Assembly: GCA_964187785.1 (NCBI GenBank)
Contig: OZ076409.1
Location: forward strand, 38,008,001-38,072,000
Origin: Amphiscolops sp. MND2022
Taxonomy: Eukaryota
Direction: 5' to 3'
Length of the DNA: 64,000 bases
A program made the position numbers and the translations under genes. Numbering within the stretch: the first letter of the stretch is position 1; each line of letters opens with the position of its first letter. Below are positions 26,501 through 41,447 of this stretch, piece by piece. The notes under the pieces are model-generated. The model had not been told where the DNA came from, searched no databases, and worked only from the letters and a program-made list of their open reading frames with translations.

Positions 26501-28417
26501 CCTTATGGTCGGAGACCGTAGAGACCGTTGTTGGCGAGCAAATAAGCTTTTTGTAAGTCCGAGTCGCCTAAAAAAATGGTAAGTAACACATGTAAGCACT
26601 TTTATCATTCCCTGTAGCAACTAGTGAAAACTTTTTATCACTATTCGGTAGGCCAGTGGGCCACGTTTACTTTCCAAAAGATGACCCATGTTGCTATCTG
26701 TACTCTGTCAGGAGATATACATACCCGAAAAGTAGTTACGATGTGACAACATAACTCTCTATAACACTCGGACTCACCTAAAAATTCCAAAATTTTTCAG
26801 AAGCACTCTACAAGTGTACTGATGGGTTTTTGGGCGTCACCATAGCACACTGACACTTTTTGACCTTATGGTTCAAGACCGTACGGACCGTTGGTGGAGC
26901 AGAAATGGGACTTTTGTAGGTCCGAGTCGTGCAAAAAAATGCTAAATACCCCATATTGGCATATTGTGCACGCCGTGCAGCAGTGACTGAAAACTTTTTA
27001 TGACCAATCGATAGACCAGTGGCCCACGTTCTTTTTCGAAAAGGTGACCCATGATGCTATCTGTACTCTGTCAGGAGATATGCATACCGGAAATGTTGTT
27101 GCGATGTGACAGTATAACTCTCGGACCCACGTAAAAATCCGATATTCTTTCAGAAGCTTCCTACAAGTGTTCTGATGGGTTTTTGGGCGCCACCATGTCA
27201 CACTGACAATTTTTGACCTTATGGTCCTAGACCGTTCGGACCGTTCCTGAAGAGAAAATCACCTTTTTGTAACTGCGAGTCGACATGAAAAATTGAAAAC
27301 AACACTTCTGAAAATTTTTTTCTTTCACTATGGCAACTAAGGTATATTTTTTGCACTCAATCGTTAGACCGCTGCCCAATGTTCATTTTGATAAAGATGA
27401 CCAACGGTGCTATCTGCACCCGGTTATGAGTAACATGATTATGAAATGTTCATACAACGTAACAGATCAACTCGGACCGTGACTCAAAAAAATCAATTTT
27501 TTTCAGAGGCCTCCTAGAGGTCTACCGATGTCATTTTGGTCGTCACCATAAGTCACTGACAATTTTTCACCTTATGGTCCGAGACCGTGCGGACCGTTCC
27601 TCCTGGTCAAATCATCAATTTTGTAATGGTGATACTGTTAGAAAAAACCTTTTGGCACTTTTGGCCACTTTAATAGGGCCCGAGGGCAAAATTTTTTTGG
27701 ACCGTTCGGTAGACCGTTGGCCGTTGATGATTTTGCAAAAAGTGCACATTGCCGCTATATGCGTTGCTTCATGCTGAAAATGGACTTTGAATATGTGAGT
27801 GATAAATCACCTTGAATCAAAAAACCCGAAATATTGCAAATATAGGTTGAAGATGCAATTTTTCGGAAAAACGTCAGAAGAAAAAAGTTCTTAGAATTTG
27901 TTCTACTACCTGTGTGCCAAGTTTCAACGCAATCCGCGGACTTTTTAATTTTTTGTCATTTTTGAAACAAATGTTGGCCAAATATGTGCAAATTTTCGTA
28001 TTCGGTAAATTTTCCGGCCAAATTATCCGCCATATCTCCACTCCTGTTGCGAATTGAGAAATAATTTTTTGCATGTGTGAACATGACATCATAACTGCCT
28101 TGCACGCAAAAAATGGGCCAAATGCATAGCGTAAAGTGTGGAGCTATTGTGTGAAAAATGCGAAAAAGTACCAAAAAACACGATCATTTGCACATAACTT
28201 TTCAACAAATGTTTCAATGATGATACGTCAGGGGAAAAAAGTTCTTATAATTTGATTTTAGGTATGTGTGCAAAGTTTTATTAAAATCGTATGGTTAGAT
28301 TCCAAAATCGCCGAAATCCGACCCGGTGGACTAGTGATGTATTTTGGATAATGCGCTCGGCTCCGGGACCCTCCCCGGCCTCGCAAAAGTTCATGTGGGG
28401 GACCACCCCGGACCACC
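23525..28417. mobile_element. U8: family A2 unit, 4,893 bp
   Basis: Colinear with A1 but clearly diverged throughout; closest to U9. Confidence 0.8.
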
Positions 28418-31400
28418 CAGTGGAGGCGAGGTTGTTGCAGTTGCACTGCCGAGATGCGAGGAAAATGTGTATTAAAAACATAAAAATTTTCATAATTAAA
28501 ATTTTCGTTTTCCCTTCTGTTGACAAAAGTAGTCTTTGTTGTGTTCAACTTATTTCATACTTGTCATCCCCACGACACGTGGTGCCTTACAGGGCGACTT
28601 GTCATTTATTTTCCATCATTCTGCAAGCCAAAGCGAGTTCCTGCTGAGTAACAGCAATGTTCTACTTTAACAATTTACAAAGAAAAGTGAAAGAGTTTCA
28701 ACATTAGAAGTCTATGTTCATTAGAGTGATTAATCCCTTATAAACACTAATAACACTCCAAATAGGGGACGTAGCAGCCTCGTTACGTGAATTTGGGCAG
28801 AGACAATTTCAAAAAAGAACGCTCTGTTATGACCGAGCTGAGATGCGAAAATGACGTGACTGGCTGATTCCAAATTAGGAAATTATACACCATCGGACAC
28901 AAAAGTTTTTGTGGAAGAAATTGATTGGTGAAAATTATTGAGGTATTTTTGTGTGCCATGTGTTTGCCCCAAATCATTTTCAGTTGGAATAGATATTGTT
29001 CGTAGTATTGAACCTTTCCTACCACAATTGGCTGACTTAATAACATTAGCAATGCATACACTCCATTTCGTTTTTTTTTGGCCCTATGTCACCACTGTGA
29101 AATACATCAACGTATGATGTAACGTACTGTCTAGTGGAGGGGTAGAGGATTTGGTGGAGCCAATAAGGGTAGACACTCACTGGTAAATAGAATGTACGTT
29201 CCACATACAATTCATATGTTTCAAGTTAGTTTTTATGGTATTTTTAAGCGACACAATGAAAGATGTTTTTATGGAACTCAATTATGATCTCCTTATAGCG
29301 AATGGAAATGATTATGTTCTGAATTTATCAATTAACGTGAGAAAAGAAAGTTGAATGAAACTGTCCACAGCTATTTTGAGAATAAAGGAACTCCTGTTTT
29401 TTGGTATTTGGAGTGCTAGCCTTCCAAGTTGGCCGAAGGCCAACTTGGAAGGCTATCACGAAATTTTTTTATAAGTTCTTTATAAAAATGCTATATTCAG
29501 TTATAATGTCTTTATAAAAATGCAAATCAGATCTATATAGTCTGCAAAATCCAAGTACTGAAAGACGTATTGAGAAGTTTGTTAGCTTTTGTAAAATTGA
29601 TTCAGTCTTTGCTAATTTATCTTTTAATGAACATTGCGTTGTAAAACATATGAATCTTTTCAGCCGTAACAAAGGATTTTGGAACAACAGAAAGATCGTG
29701 CACTTTGAAACATATGCACAGTTGAATAATCGTACTAAATTGAACTGCTCATTGATGTTTACACTATCAAATTTTTGTCATAGAGTCCAAAAAGTACAGT
29801 GAAAAATGCGCAGTACTTTGGAAAGTTTTGTGTTACACAATGCTTTATGCGCCACATTTTTCCCATACACCGCTGTATAGACCTCATATTAGCAACACTG
29901 ATAGTATATCAATAGTATTTGACGGGAAATAAGTTACTTTTTATGAATTTTGTTTTTATTATGACAATGTGTCTTCAAAATTTTAACTTAAAAGTTGAAT
30001 TTTTCTTTGCAAAACGTGTTATCGTGGCTCACATGTCAATGAAGCATTTGATACCAGTCATATATCTGTTTTTCAGTATTTTGGAGGCCACAGGTTACGT
30101 CAGACACAATAATGTTGTTCAAAACACGGGAAATCAATTTTCGACCTGACAAAAATTGGGTTTTTGGGGAAAAAATTTGCTTGTTAACAACGAATGGGAT
30201 GAAAAACCTGTCCAGACCGAGCATGGTTGTATTATAAAAACTTTTTATAACTATAAACGAGTTGTTTGTTGTCAGTGAGGTTGTTGTTGAGCGTTAATAC
30301 CATAACCGACAAGGACCGATTAAAAAAGGCACAATGGAACGTGACAAATAACTGGAATTTTTGGGAAATATCTCCTGTCATCACTACTTTTGACATGTCG
30401 AAATTCCTTGCAATGATTTTTCAAGTCTGGTATCCACCTTGGTTGATCCTAAGGTTTAGTGGCAGACCAAAAACAGTATTGGTGGGACCGCCGATACCAA
30501 AAAAATGCTGACACATCGGGAAAAATACTGAAGTTGAAGTCATGCGTCTCTTCAGTATGATATTTTTAGCTACCTCAGACCCTGAAATATAACCTTAAAA
30601 GTTCGGTAAACACCCTTTTCCTATATTACAGGGCCAGTGGTTTGCTGTGAAAGCCAAAAGTTGCTGATAAACCTCCATTTTGCTAGTTTGATTCCAACAA
30701 TATTGTGATGTGTTATCAATTTTAGACAAATTTCACTACTGATTTGTAAATATTGTTGCCCATGACTGCTCGATTTATAGTGTATGTGGATTGTCAATGC
30801 CTAGTTGTGTTTTTCACATGCCACTGGACTTAGAGAAGTGGATAATTGATGTGTGTGGGCAGAAATTGGCGGTCGTATACGTCAAAAAATGATTTGGAAA
30901 CAAACTTTATCTTGGAATTTTGTTTGTCAACGGGGCTTTTGTCACTCAAAATCGTAATGTAACCATTGCAGAAGATCAATATGCGTTCAACGTCAGCTGT
31001 ACACGTGGTTGTGAACAAAAAAGGGTCTTGATTGACTGAAAAATCATTTAAGCTATTTTTCACTCAACCCATATATTGATATGTGCGGTATGATTTTCTG
31101 ATGTGTAACGTCCAATGGCAGCTGATTTTTTCAAAATGACCCCAAACCCACAGTGGGCACTTTTTTCATGTTATTCACATCCCATGTTATGCAAAACAAC
31201 ATTTTATGTGGCTATTGTGCTTTAAAAACTAATTTCGGGCACTCAAAAACATAATTTTGTTGGAAAAATAACACGGTTCGCCATGTAATATCTAACATAG
31301 TGAACTGGAAAAAAACAAATTTTTTCAGAAACATCCTACAGGTAAACTGATGGGTTCCTGGGCGTCACCATAGCTCACAAAACTTTTTTGACCTTATGGT

Positions 31401-33313
31401 CGGAGACCGTAGAGACCGTTGTTGGCGAGCAAATGAGCATTTTGTAAGTCCGAGTCGCCCGAAAAAATGCTAAGTAACCCATGTAAGCACTTTGATCATT
31501 CCATGCAGCAACTAGTGAAAACTTTTTATCACCATAGGGTAAGCCAGTGGCCCACGTTTATTTTCCAAAAGGTGACCCATGTTGTTATCTGTACTCTGTC
31601 AGGAGATATACATACCCGAAATGTAGTTACGATGTGACATCATAACTCTCTATAACTCGTGGACTCACCTGAAATTACCAAATTTTTTCAGAAGCACTCT
31701 ACAAGTGTACTGATGGGTTTTTGGGCGTCATCATAGCACACTGACATTTTTAGACCTTATTGTTGAAGACCGTGCGGACCGTTGTTGGAGCAGAAGTAGG
31801 CTTTTTGTAGGTCCGAGTCGTGCAAAAAAATGCTAAATACCACATCTTGGCATATTATTCACGCCATGCAGCACCTATAGGAAACTTTTGATACCCATTC
31901 GATAGACCAGTGGCCCACGTTCATTTTGGAAAAGATGACCCATGATGCTATCTGTACTCTGTCAGGAGATATGCATACCCGAAATGTTGTTACGATGTGT
32001 CGGTATAACTCTCGGACCCACGTAAAAATCCGATATTCTTTCAGAAGCATCCTACAAGTGTTGTGATGGGTTTTTGGGCGCCACCATGTCACACTGACAA
32101 TTTTTGACCTTATGGTCCTAGACCGTTCGGACCGTTCCTGAAGAGAAAATCACCTTTTTGTAACTGCGAGTCGACATGAAAAATCGAAAACAACACTTCT
32201 GAGAATTTTTTTCTTTCACAATAGCAACTAAGGTATATTTTTGGCACTCAATCGTTAGACCGCTGCCCAATGTTCATTTTGATAAAGATGACCCACGGTG
32301 CTATCTGTACTCGGTTATGAGTAACATGATTATGAAATGTTCATACAACGTAACAGATCAACTCGGACCGTGACTCAAAAGAATCAAATTTTTCCAGAGG
32401 CCTCTTAGAGGTCAACCAATGTCATTTTGGTCGTCACCATAACTCACTGACACTTTTTTACCTTATGGTCCGAGACCGTGCGGACCGTTCCTCCTGATCA
32501 AATCATCAATTTTGTAATGGTGATACTGTTGGAAAAAAGCTTTTGGCACTTTTGACCACTTTCATTGGGCCCGAGGGCAAAATTTTTTTGGACCGTTCGG
32601 TAGACCATTGGCCGTTGATGATTTTGCAATATGTGCACATTGCCGGTATCTGCGTTGCTTCATGCTGAAAATGGACTTTGAATATGTGAGTGATAAATCA
32701 TCTTAAATCAATAAATCCGAAATATTGCAAATATAGGTTGAAGATGCAATTTTTCGGAAAAACGTCAGAGAGAAAAAGTTCTTAGAATTTGTTCAACTAC
32801 CTGTGTGCCAAGTTTCAACGCAATCCGCGGACTTTTTAATTTTTCTCATTTTTCAAACAAATGTTGGGCAAATATGTGCAAATTTTCGTAATCATGAAAT
32901 TTTCCGCCACTATTATCCGCCATATCTCCACTCCTGTTGCGAATTGAGAAACAATTTTTGGCATGTGTAAACATGACATCATTTATGCCGCGCACGCAAA
33001 AAAAGGGCCAAATGCATAGCGTAAAGTGTGGAGCTACTGTGTGAAAAATGCGAAAAATGACCAAAAAACACGATCATTTGCACATAACTTTTCAACAAAT
33101 GTTTCAATCATGATACGTCAGGGGAAAAAAGTTCTTATAATTTGATTTTAGGTATGTGTGCAAAGTTTTATTAAAATCGTATGGTTAGTTTCCAAAATCG
33201 ACCAAAAGTGACCCCGGTGGACTAGTGATGTATTTTGGATAATGCGCTCGGCAAACGGGACCCTCCCCGGCCTCGCAAAGTTTCTTGTGGGGCAAAAACA
33301 GCCCCGGACCACC
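28418..33313. mobile_element. U9: family A2 unit, 4,896 bp
   Basis: Near-identical to U8 over the first ~3 kb and more divergent on the right; ends GGGGCAAAAACAGCCCCGGACCACC. Confidence 0.8.
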
Positions 33314-36300
33314 CAGTGGAGGCGAGGTTGTTGCAGTTACACTGCCGAGATGCGAGGAAAATGTGTATAGAAAGATAAGAATTTTCAACAATAAAATTTT
33401 CGTTTTCCGTTCTGCTGACAAAAGTAGTCTTTGTTGTGTTCAACGTATTTCATATTTGGCATCTCCACGACACGTGGTGCCTTACAATGCTACTTGTCAC
33501 TTATTATCCATCAATCTGCAAGCCAACGCGACGTTTCTGCTGAATAAAAGCGATGTTCTACTCTAACAATTTACAAAGAAAAGTGGAAGAGTTTCAACAT
33601 TAGAAGTAATTGTTCATTACAGTGATTAATGCCTTATAATCTCCAATAACACTCCAAATAGTGAACGTAACTGCCTCGTTATGTGGAAATGGGTGAAGAG
33701 AATTGTAAAAAAGAAAGCTCTGTTGTGACCGAGCTGAGATGCGAAGATGACGGGACTGGCGAATTCCAAATATTGAAATTATTCACTATCGTACAGAAAA
33801 ATTTTTGTGGAAGGAATTGACTGCTGGAAATTTTTGAAGTATTTTTGTGTGCCATGTGTTTGCCCAAATAATTTTCAGCTAGGATAGATTTATTCCGTAG
33901 TTTTGAACCTTTCCTATCACAAGTGGCTGACTTAAATGCATTAGAAATAAATACACTCCAACTCCATTTCCTTTTTTTGCCCTATGTCCCCACTGTGGAA
34001 GACATCAACGTATGATGTAACGTACTGTCTGGTGGAGGGGTAGAGGATTTCGTGGAACCAATAGGGGCAGCCACTCATTGGTTAGATAAATGTACGTTCC
34101 ACATACAATTCATATGTTTCAAGTTAGTTTTTATGGTATTTTTAAGCGTCACAAGGAAAGATTCATTTTTTGAACACAATGGTGGTCATCGTATAGCGAA
34201 TAGAAATGCTCATGTCCTGAATTTATCAATTAACGTGAGAAAAGAAAGTTCAATGAAAGTTTCCGCGCCTATTTTGAGATTAAAGGAACTCCTGGTTTTT
34301 GGTGTTTGTAGTGTTAGCCTTCCAAGTTGGCCGAAGGCCAACTTGGAAGGCTATCACGAAAATTTTTTATAAACTCTTTATAAAAATGCAAGATTCAGTT
34401 ATAAAGTCTTTATAAAAATGCAAATCAAATCTATATATTCTGCGAAATCAAAGTACTGAAAGACGTATTGAGAATTTGATTACCTGCTGTGAAGTTGATT
34501 CGGTCTTTGCTAATGTATCTTTTAATGAACATTGCGTTGTAAAACATATGACACTTTTCAGCCCTAACAAAGGAGTTTGGAACAACAGAAAGATCGTGCA
34601 CTTTGAAAAAGATACACAGTTGATAAACCGTACCTAATTGAACTGCTCATTGATGTTTACACCATCAAATTTTTGAGTTAGAGCGCAAAAAAACCGTGAC
34701 AAATTCTCAGTACTTTGGTAAACTTTGTGTTACACAATGCTTTATGCGCCATATTTTTCCCATACACCCCTGTATGGACCTCATATTCGCAACAATGATA
34801 CTATAATAATAGTAATTGACGGGAATTTGGTTAGATTGTTATATATTCTGTTTCTATTGTGAAAATGTGTCTTCGAAATTTCCAGTTGAAAGTTGAATTT
34901 TTCTTTGCAAAACGTGTTATCGTGGCTCACATGTCACTGAAGCATTTGATACCAGTCATATATCTCTTTTTCAATATTTTGGAGGCCACAGGTTACGCCA
35001 GACACAATAATGTTGTTCAAAACACGAGAAATCAGTTTTCGACCTGACAAAAATTGGGTTATTGGGGAAAAAATTTTCATTGTTACGAACGAATGGGATA
35101 AAAAATGTGTCCAGACCAAGCATGGTTGTATTATAAACACTTTTAATGACTATAAACGAGTTGTTTGTTGTCAGTGAGGTCGTTGTTGAGCGTTAATACC
35201 ATAACCGACAAGCACCGATTAAAAAACGTGGAATGGAATATGACACATACCATGATTTTTTGAGAAGTTTCTCTTCTTATCAGTACTTTTGACATGACGA
35301 AAGTCCTTGCATTGATTATACAAGTCTCATATACATCTTGGTTGAGCCTCGGGTTTAGTTTTAGACCAAAAACAGTGTTGGTAGGACCGCTGATACCAAA
35401 AAAGTGGTGACACAACCGGAAAAATTCCGATGTTTAAGTCATATGTCTATTCAGTATGATATTTTTATGTACCTCAGATTCTGAAAAAGTAGCATGAAAC
35501 TACTGTAGACCGTATTTTCCTAAGTAACAGTGCCACTGAGTTGCACTAAAAGCCTATAGTTGCTGCAGAAGCTCCAATTTGTCATTTCGAGTCCACCAAA
35601 AATGTGATGTTGTATCAATTTTCAACAAAATTTGCTATCGATTAGCGAATATTGTGGCACATGACTACTCGAAGTAAGGTCCTTGTGCCTTGTCAATGCC
35701 CAGTTGTATTTTTCACAAGCCACTGGGCCAAGAGAAGTGGATATTTGATGGTTGTCGGCTAAAAATGGCGTTCCTATACTTCAAAAAATGATTTGGAAAG
35801 CAATTTCATCTTGGAATTTTGTTTGTCAACGAGGCTTTTGTACCTCAAAATTGCAGTATAACCATTGTGGAAGGTCAAAATAGGTTCGACGTCAGCAGTA
35901 CACTTGGTTGTGAACAAAAAAGAGTCTTGATTGACTGAAAAAGAACTTTAGCTGTTTTTGACTCAACCCATGAATCGATATGTAAGGTACGATTTTCTGT
36001 AATGTAACGTCTAATGGCAGCTGATTTTTTCGACATAACTCCAAATCCACAGTGAGCACTTTCTTCACGTTACTCACACCCCATGTTATGCAAAAGTACA
36101 TTTTAGATGGCTACTGGGCTTTACAAACAGTTTTTGGGCACTCAAAAACATCATTTTGGAGAGAAAAAAACACGGTTCCCAATGTAATATGTAACATAGT
36201 CTGCACGAAAACACTAAATTTTTACAGAATCATCCCACAAGTAAACTGATGGGTTTTTGAGCGTCACCATAGCCCACAAAAAATTTTCGACCCATTGAGT

Positions 36301-38207
36301 GGAGACCGTAGAGACCGTTGTTGGCGAGCAAATGAGCTTTTTGTAAGTCCGAGTCGCCTGAAAAAATGCTATGTAACCCATGTAAGCACTTTTATCACTC
36401 CCTGTAGCAACTGGTGAAAACTTTTTATCACCATTTGGTAGGCCAGTGGCCGACGTTCACTTTCCAAGAGTTGACCCATGTTGGTATCTGTACTCTGTCA
36501 GGAGATATACATTCCCGAAATGTAGTTTCGATGTGACAACATAACTCTCCATAACTCTCGGACTCACCTAAAAAATCCAAAGTTTTTCAGAAGCACTCTA
36601 CAAGTGTACTGATAGGTTTTTGGGCGTCACCATAGCACAATGACACTTTTTGACCTTATGGTCGAAGACCGTACGGACCGTTGGTGGAGCAGAAATGGGC
36701 CTTTGGTAGGTCCGAGTCGTGCAAAAAAATGCTAAATACCGCATATAGGCATATTATTCACGCCGTGCAGCACTGACTGAAAACTTTTCATGACCAATCG
36801 ATAGACCAGTGGCCCACGTTCTTTTTCGAAAAGGTGACCCATGATGCTATCTGTACTCTGTGAGGAGATATGCATACCCGAAATGTACTTACGATGTGAC
36901 ACTATAACTCTCGGACCCACGTGAAAATTCGAAAATCGTTCAGACGCTTCCTACCAGTGTTCTGATGTGTTTTTGGGCGCCACCATGTTACACTGACAAA
37001 TTTTTATCTTATGGTACCAGACCGTTCGGACCGTTGCTGAAGAGAAAATCACATTTTTGTAACTGCGAGTCGACATGAAAAATTGAAAACAACACTTCCG
37101 AAAATTTTTTTCTTTCACTATGGCAGCTATAGTATATTTTTTGCACTCAATCGTTAGACCGCTGCCCAACGTTCATTTTGATAAAGATGACCCACGGTGC
37201 TATCTGTACTCGGTTATGAGTAACATGATTATGAAATGTTGATACAACGTAACAGATCAACTCGGACCGTGACTCAAAAAAATCAAATTTTTCCAGAGGC
37301 CTCTTAGAGGTCAACCGATGTCATTTTAGTTGTCACCATAACTCACTGACACTTTTTTACCTTATGGTCCGAGACCGTGCGGACCGTTCCTCCTGGTCAA
37401 ATCATCAATTTTGTAATGGTGATACTATTGGAAAAAACCTTTTGCCACTTTTGACCACTTTGATTGGGCCCGAGGGGAAAATTTTTTCGGACCGTTCGGT
37501 AGACCGTTGGCCGTTGATGATTTTGCAATATGTGCACATTGGCGGTATCTGCATTGCTTCATGCTGATAATGGACTTTGAATATGTGAGTGATAAATCAC
37601 CTTGAATCACAAAACCCGAAATATTGCAAATATAGGTTGAAGATGCAATTTTTCGGAAAAACGTCAGGAGAAAAAAGTTCTTAAAATTTGTTCTACTACC
37701 TGTGTGCCAAGTTTCAACGCAATCCGCGGACCTTTTGATTTTTCTCATTTTTGAAACAAATGTTGGCCAAATATGTGCAAATTTTCGTATTCGTTAAATT
37801 TTCCGCCACTATTATCCGCCATATCTCCACTCCTGTTGCGAATTGAGAAACAATTTTTGGCATGTGTAAACGTGACATCATTTATGCCTCGCACGCAAAA
37901 ATTGGGCCAAATGCATAGCGTAAAGTGTGGAGCTGCTGCGTGAAAAATGCGAAAAATGGCCAAAAAACACGATCATTTGCACATAACTTTCCAACAAATG
38001 TTTCAATCATGATACGTCAGGGGGAAAAAGTTCTTAGAATTTAATTCTATGTCTGTGTGCAAAGTTTCATGGAAATCTAACGGTTAGATTGGAAAATCGC
38101 TTGTTTTTCTCCCGGTCTACCATGGATGCATTTTGTATATAGCGCTCGGCTCCGGGACCCTCCCCAGGCCTCGCAATAGTTCTTGTGGGGGACCACCCCG
38201 GACCACC
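33314..38207. mobile_element. U10: family A1 unit, 4,894 bp
   Basis: Colinear and near-identical with U2. Confidence 0.8.
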
Positions 38208-40185
38208 TAGCTGCTACCGCGCTAACGCGTATATTTGGCATACGTCGTCGAAGGGCATGCCTCGGCATGCCCACGGACGGTGGACGTCGCAACACTATGT
38301 GGCGTTGTACTAATGACAGACAGCGTGGCTGTAAGATGTTCATGGGCCTAAAAACAGTAGAAAAACAAAAAATACAAACGTTAAAGACTCAATTTCAAAT
38401 AATTTCGATGTTTTTGATGACTTGTTATAGCGAAAAATATCTAAATGTGCTTGGAGTTCATAGGTTTTTATCAAAGACTGAATGCTATCATTAGCTGACA
38501 TCATGGAAGGTACCAACGTTGGACAGAATCACAAAAATAACTATCGAAAGCTATACCCTGTAAACAAAACGTACTTTTGTTTATAGTTTTTTGATGTGAT
38601 AGCCTTCACAAGTTGACACAAGGCCAACTTAAAAGGCTATCACAAGATACAGTTAACAGCTACATGTGAACTAAGCAAAAAATGAGCAGCCTAGATCGCA
38701 GAAAGAGCACATGTGATCCTTGTGAACAGTATTTTCAATCATCTTGGGTCCGTAAGGTGGCGTTAGAAGTATTTAAAGATATATTGGTTACAATACTTTT
38801 AATTCTATCTTAGCAAAATAGCGTATTTTTTAGCTTCAGGTTTTTTTAATGATACAAATGGGACACATGCGAAGGGATATTTATTGAAAAACATAAGAGT
38901 TGAGAGTTTCTGATCAACCACAATGTTCAATTATATTCTAAGAAGTGAATTAAGTATCGGAAAGTATTTTTTAAGTTTGCTTTGTGAGATATTGGGCGAA
39001 AAGTTATTCAAAAAAGCAGTAGTATATGAGACAAAAGTGTCTCATACCATGCCTTGAGCAATCCGATTCCTTCAAAATCCCCATAGTAGTGCTGAAACTC
39101 ACCGTACGCATTCTGTGTACATAGTGATTGACAAAAAAGAATAAATTTTTGTTCAAATCAACATTCACTGTGATTCAAGGGTTCCGAGATGTTTACTTCA
39201 TATGAACAGTTTTGTTAAAAATAACGTCTTATCGCGGCTCATATGTTATTGGAGTCACTGATACCAGTCTCAATGGTGTTGTTGAGTATCATTGGCCCCA
39301 CTGGTTACGTCAGAGTGCATATTTGTGCTTCAAAAGCTGAATTTCAAATTTCGACCTGACGAAAAATGGGTTTTTGAGACGAAATTTTTCTAAGTTAAGT
39401 TCCGAATGACTGAAAAATGACTGAAGACCGGGTGAAAATATTTTTTTAAAACTTTCTATTACTATAAATGGTTCCTACGTTGCCAGTGGGACCGTTCTAG
39501 AACATTAAGGCTATAGCCGACAAGCCTCGATGAAAATCTTGTGTTCAAAATGACCATTTTGTAAATTAATACTAAGTTGAGAAATCCTTGTGAAACGCTT
39601 ATGACCCAGAAAAAATTTTTATTTTAACATTGGATGCAAACTGTTGGGTGTTTGGCTGCGAGTAGGTTCCGACAGAAACCATGGATACCAAGGTTTCCAA
39701 GTTAAAGCAAATAAAAATTATTTTCTGAGGTGTTTTTGACATATATGGTACTGATAGTAGTGAAAAAAATTTCAAAAATCTCAAATTTTCAAAAAATGTA
39801 AAAACTTTACATCTTTTGTGTTCAGTGCAATGCCACAGCCACGAAATGAAGGTTCCAAGCTTGTTTCACAGTCAATTTCCAAAAATTATTGCGTTTTGAG
39901 ATATTTGCCCTTTTATGAAAAATTTCATCATTTTTACATCTAATGGGGACCAAAAATTGGCCATAACTTTTTTTATAATGTTTTTAGGGCTTAACGTCAG
40001 CAGGAACTTCGTCTCGTATGGGCAAATTAGGGCCGCATGCAAAAAATGAGAAGAATCGTACGGTTAGATTTTAAAATCGGCTGTTGAGGGTGTGCTTTTT
40101 CTTATAAGCGTTAGCTGTTTTGGGAGTTCGCGGCAGGACCCTACCCGCCGCTCTAGTTTTTTTTGGGGTGAAATCCCCGCCCACC
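38208..40185. mobile_element. U11: family D unit, 1,978 bp
   Basis: Starts TAGCTGCTACCGCG, ends GGGGTGAAATCCCCGCCCACC; colinear with U17; retains the long internal hairpin and a diverged copy of the A/B core. Confidence 0.8.
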
Positions 40186-41116
40186 TAGCCGCTACCGCCG
40201 TAAAGACGGCGGGCATGGCTCCATTTGCCATACGTCGTCGAAGGGCATGCCTCGGCATGCCCACAGACTGTGGGCGTCGGAACGCTATGTGGCGTTGTAC
40301 TAATGGAGACATGTGATATGGTAACGGATATGTGTATTGGTTGAAATAGTAGTGAGAAGAACAAAAGACTTCATCAAACTCAATGAAATATAAAAATCTT
40401 ATACGGTTGTTTATTCAAAATTCTAAACACGTGTTAAGATAGTTAATTTCGTCGGGAGTGTGATCTTTCGATGACATTTATTTAGCAAACGTAACTTCAC
40501 GTCATCTCTGAGAAGGGGATAGAATGCAGGTACTCAACGACATTTTAAAAAAACCAAAAAACAAAAGACTTGTGTGTAAATTCTATCATAACAACTCGAA
40601 TACCCCTCGACATATACACTAAGCGAACGCCACCAAGGGACACCACACATACATGTTCCAAACAAGCCTACTGTCCTTTCTGAACGCTTTCCACGGCGTT
40701 ATTCATATAAAATGTACTTGTTTTGTACTATTGTATTCACATATCAAACTATTCTCAAATGATCATTACTCAACCTCATGTTAGGATAAAGGAGAGTTTT
40801 ACACGTTATTTACCTCATCTAATAAGGTGCATTTCGCAGTCATTCACTTGCTATCTTAGTTATGTGGACGTTTCATCATTTCGGAAGGCCGGAAAATTAT
40901 GAACAAAGTAGTAAACGTTTTCAGTCATGCCTTTGATCACTGGGTAAAACAATCGATCTTAACTCCGGTAAAAGAGTCGAATGGTTTTGTTCAGCAGAAA
41001 TAGAAGCTGAAGTAAAGACTCATGTATGTACCAGAAACAATTTTATTCCTTCTTCGTTTCAGGAGTTACATACAAAGTTACAAAAGTTTGAATGTTGGAC
41101 GTATTTGGCTTCTCGA

Positions 41117-41159
41117 AAGTACATTCTCATCTCCCCCGATGGGGAGATGGAATGTACTT
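41117..41159. other. Long palindrome in U12 (19-bp stem, one bulged T)
   Basis: AAGTACATTC-T-CATCTCCCC-CGAT-GGGGAGATG-GAATGTACTT. Confidence 0.85.
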
Positions 41160-41447
41160 AAGTGTTTCTTGTTATCTGATGGTTAAGATTGGACATATTC
41201 AATTGAGATTTCGATGAAACTAAGGTTCTATTTACGTATCATCACACCTGAACCTTTTAGGAAGCTCACATTCAAAACATCTATTAAATTAATAATCGGT
41301 AATATTAAAAAAATGAACAGGGTATATATCTGAAATGATTCGCTTCTTATATGGAACATGATTATTATTTATGGTATGGAATTCTTGCCAAAAAAGACGT
41401 TTTTTATTATAACCCAAACGATTGGCAGTACCTGGTTTGGTATCATA

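Noticed and set aside
40160..40190. tRNA-like 3' end (T-arm-like GGGGTGAAATCCCC followed by CCACC) as an att site
   Set aside because: No TTCRA loop consensus, no complementary acceptor 5' strand or cloverleaf upstream, and loop length varies between units.
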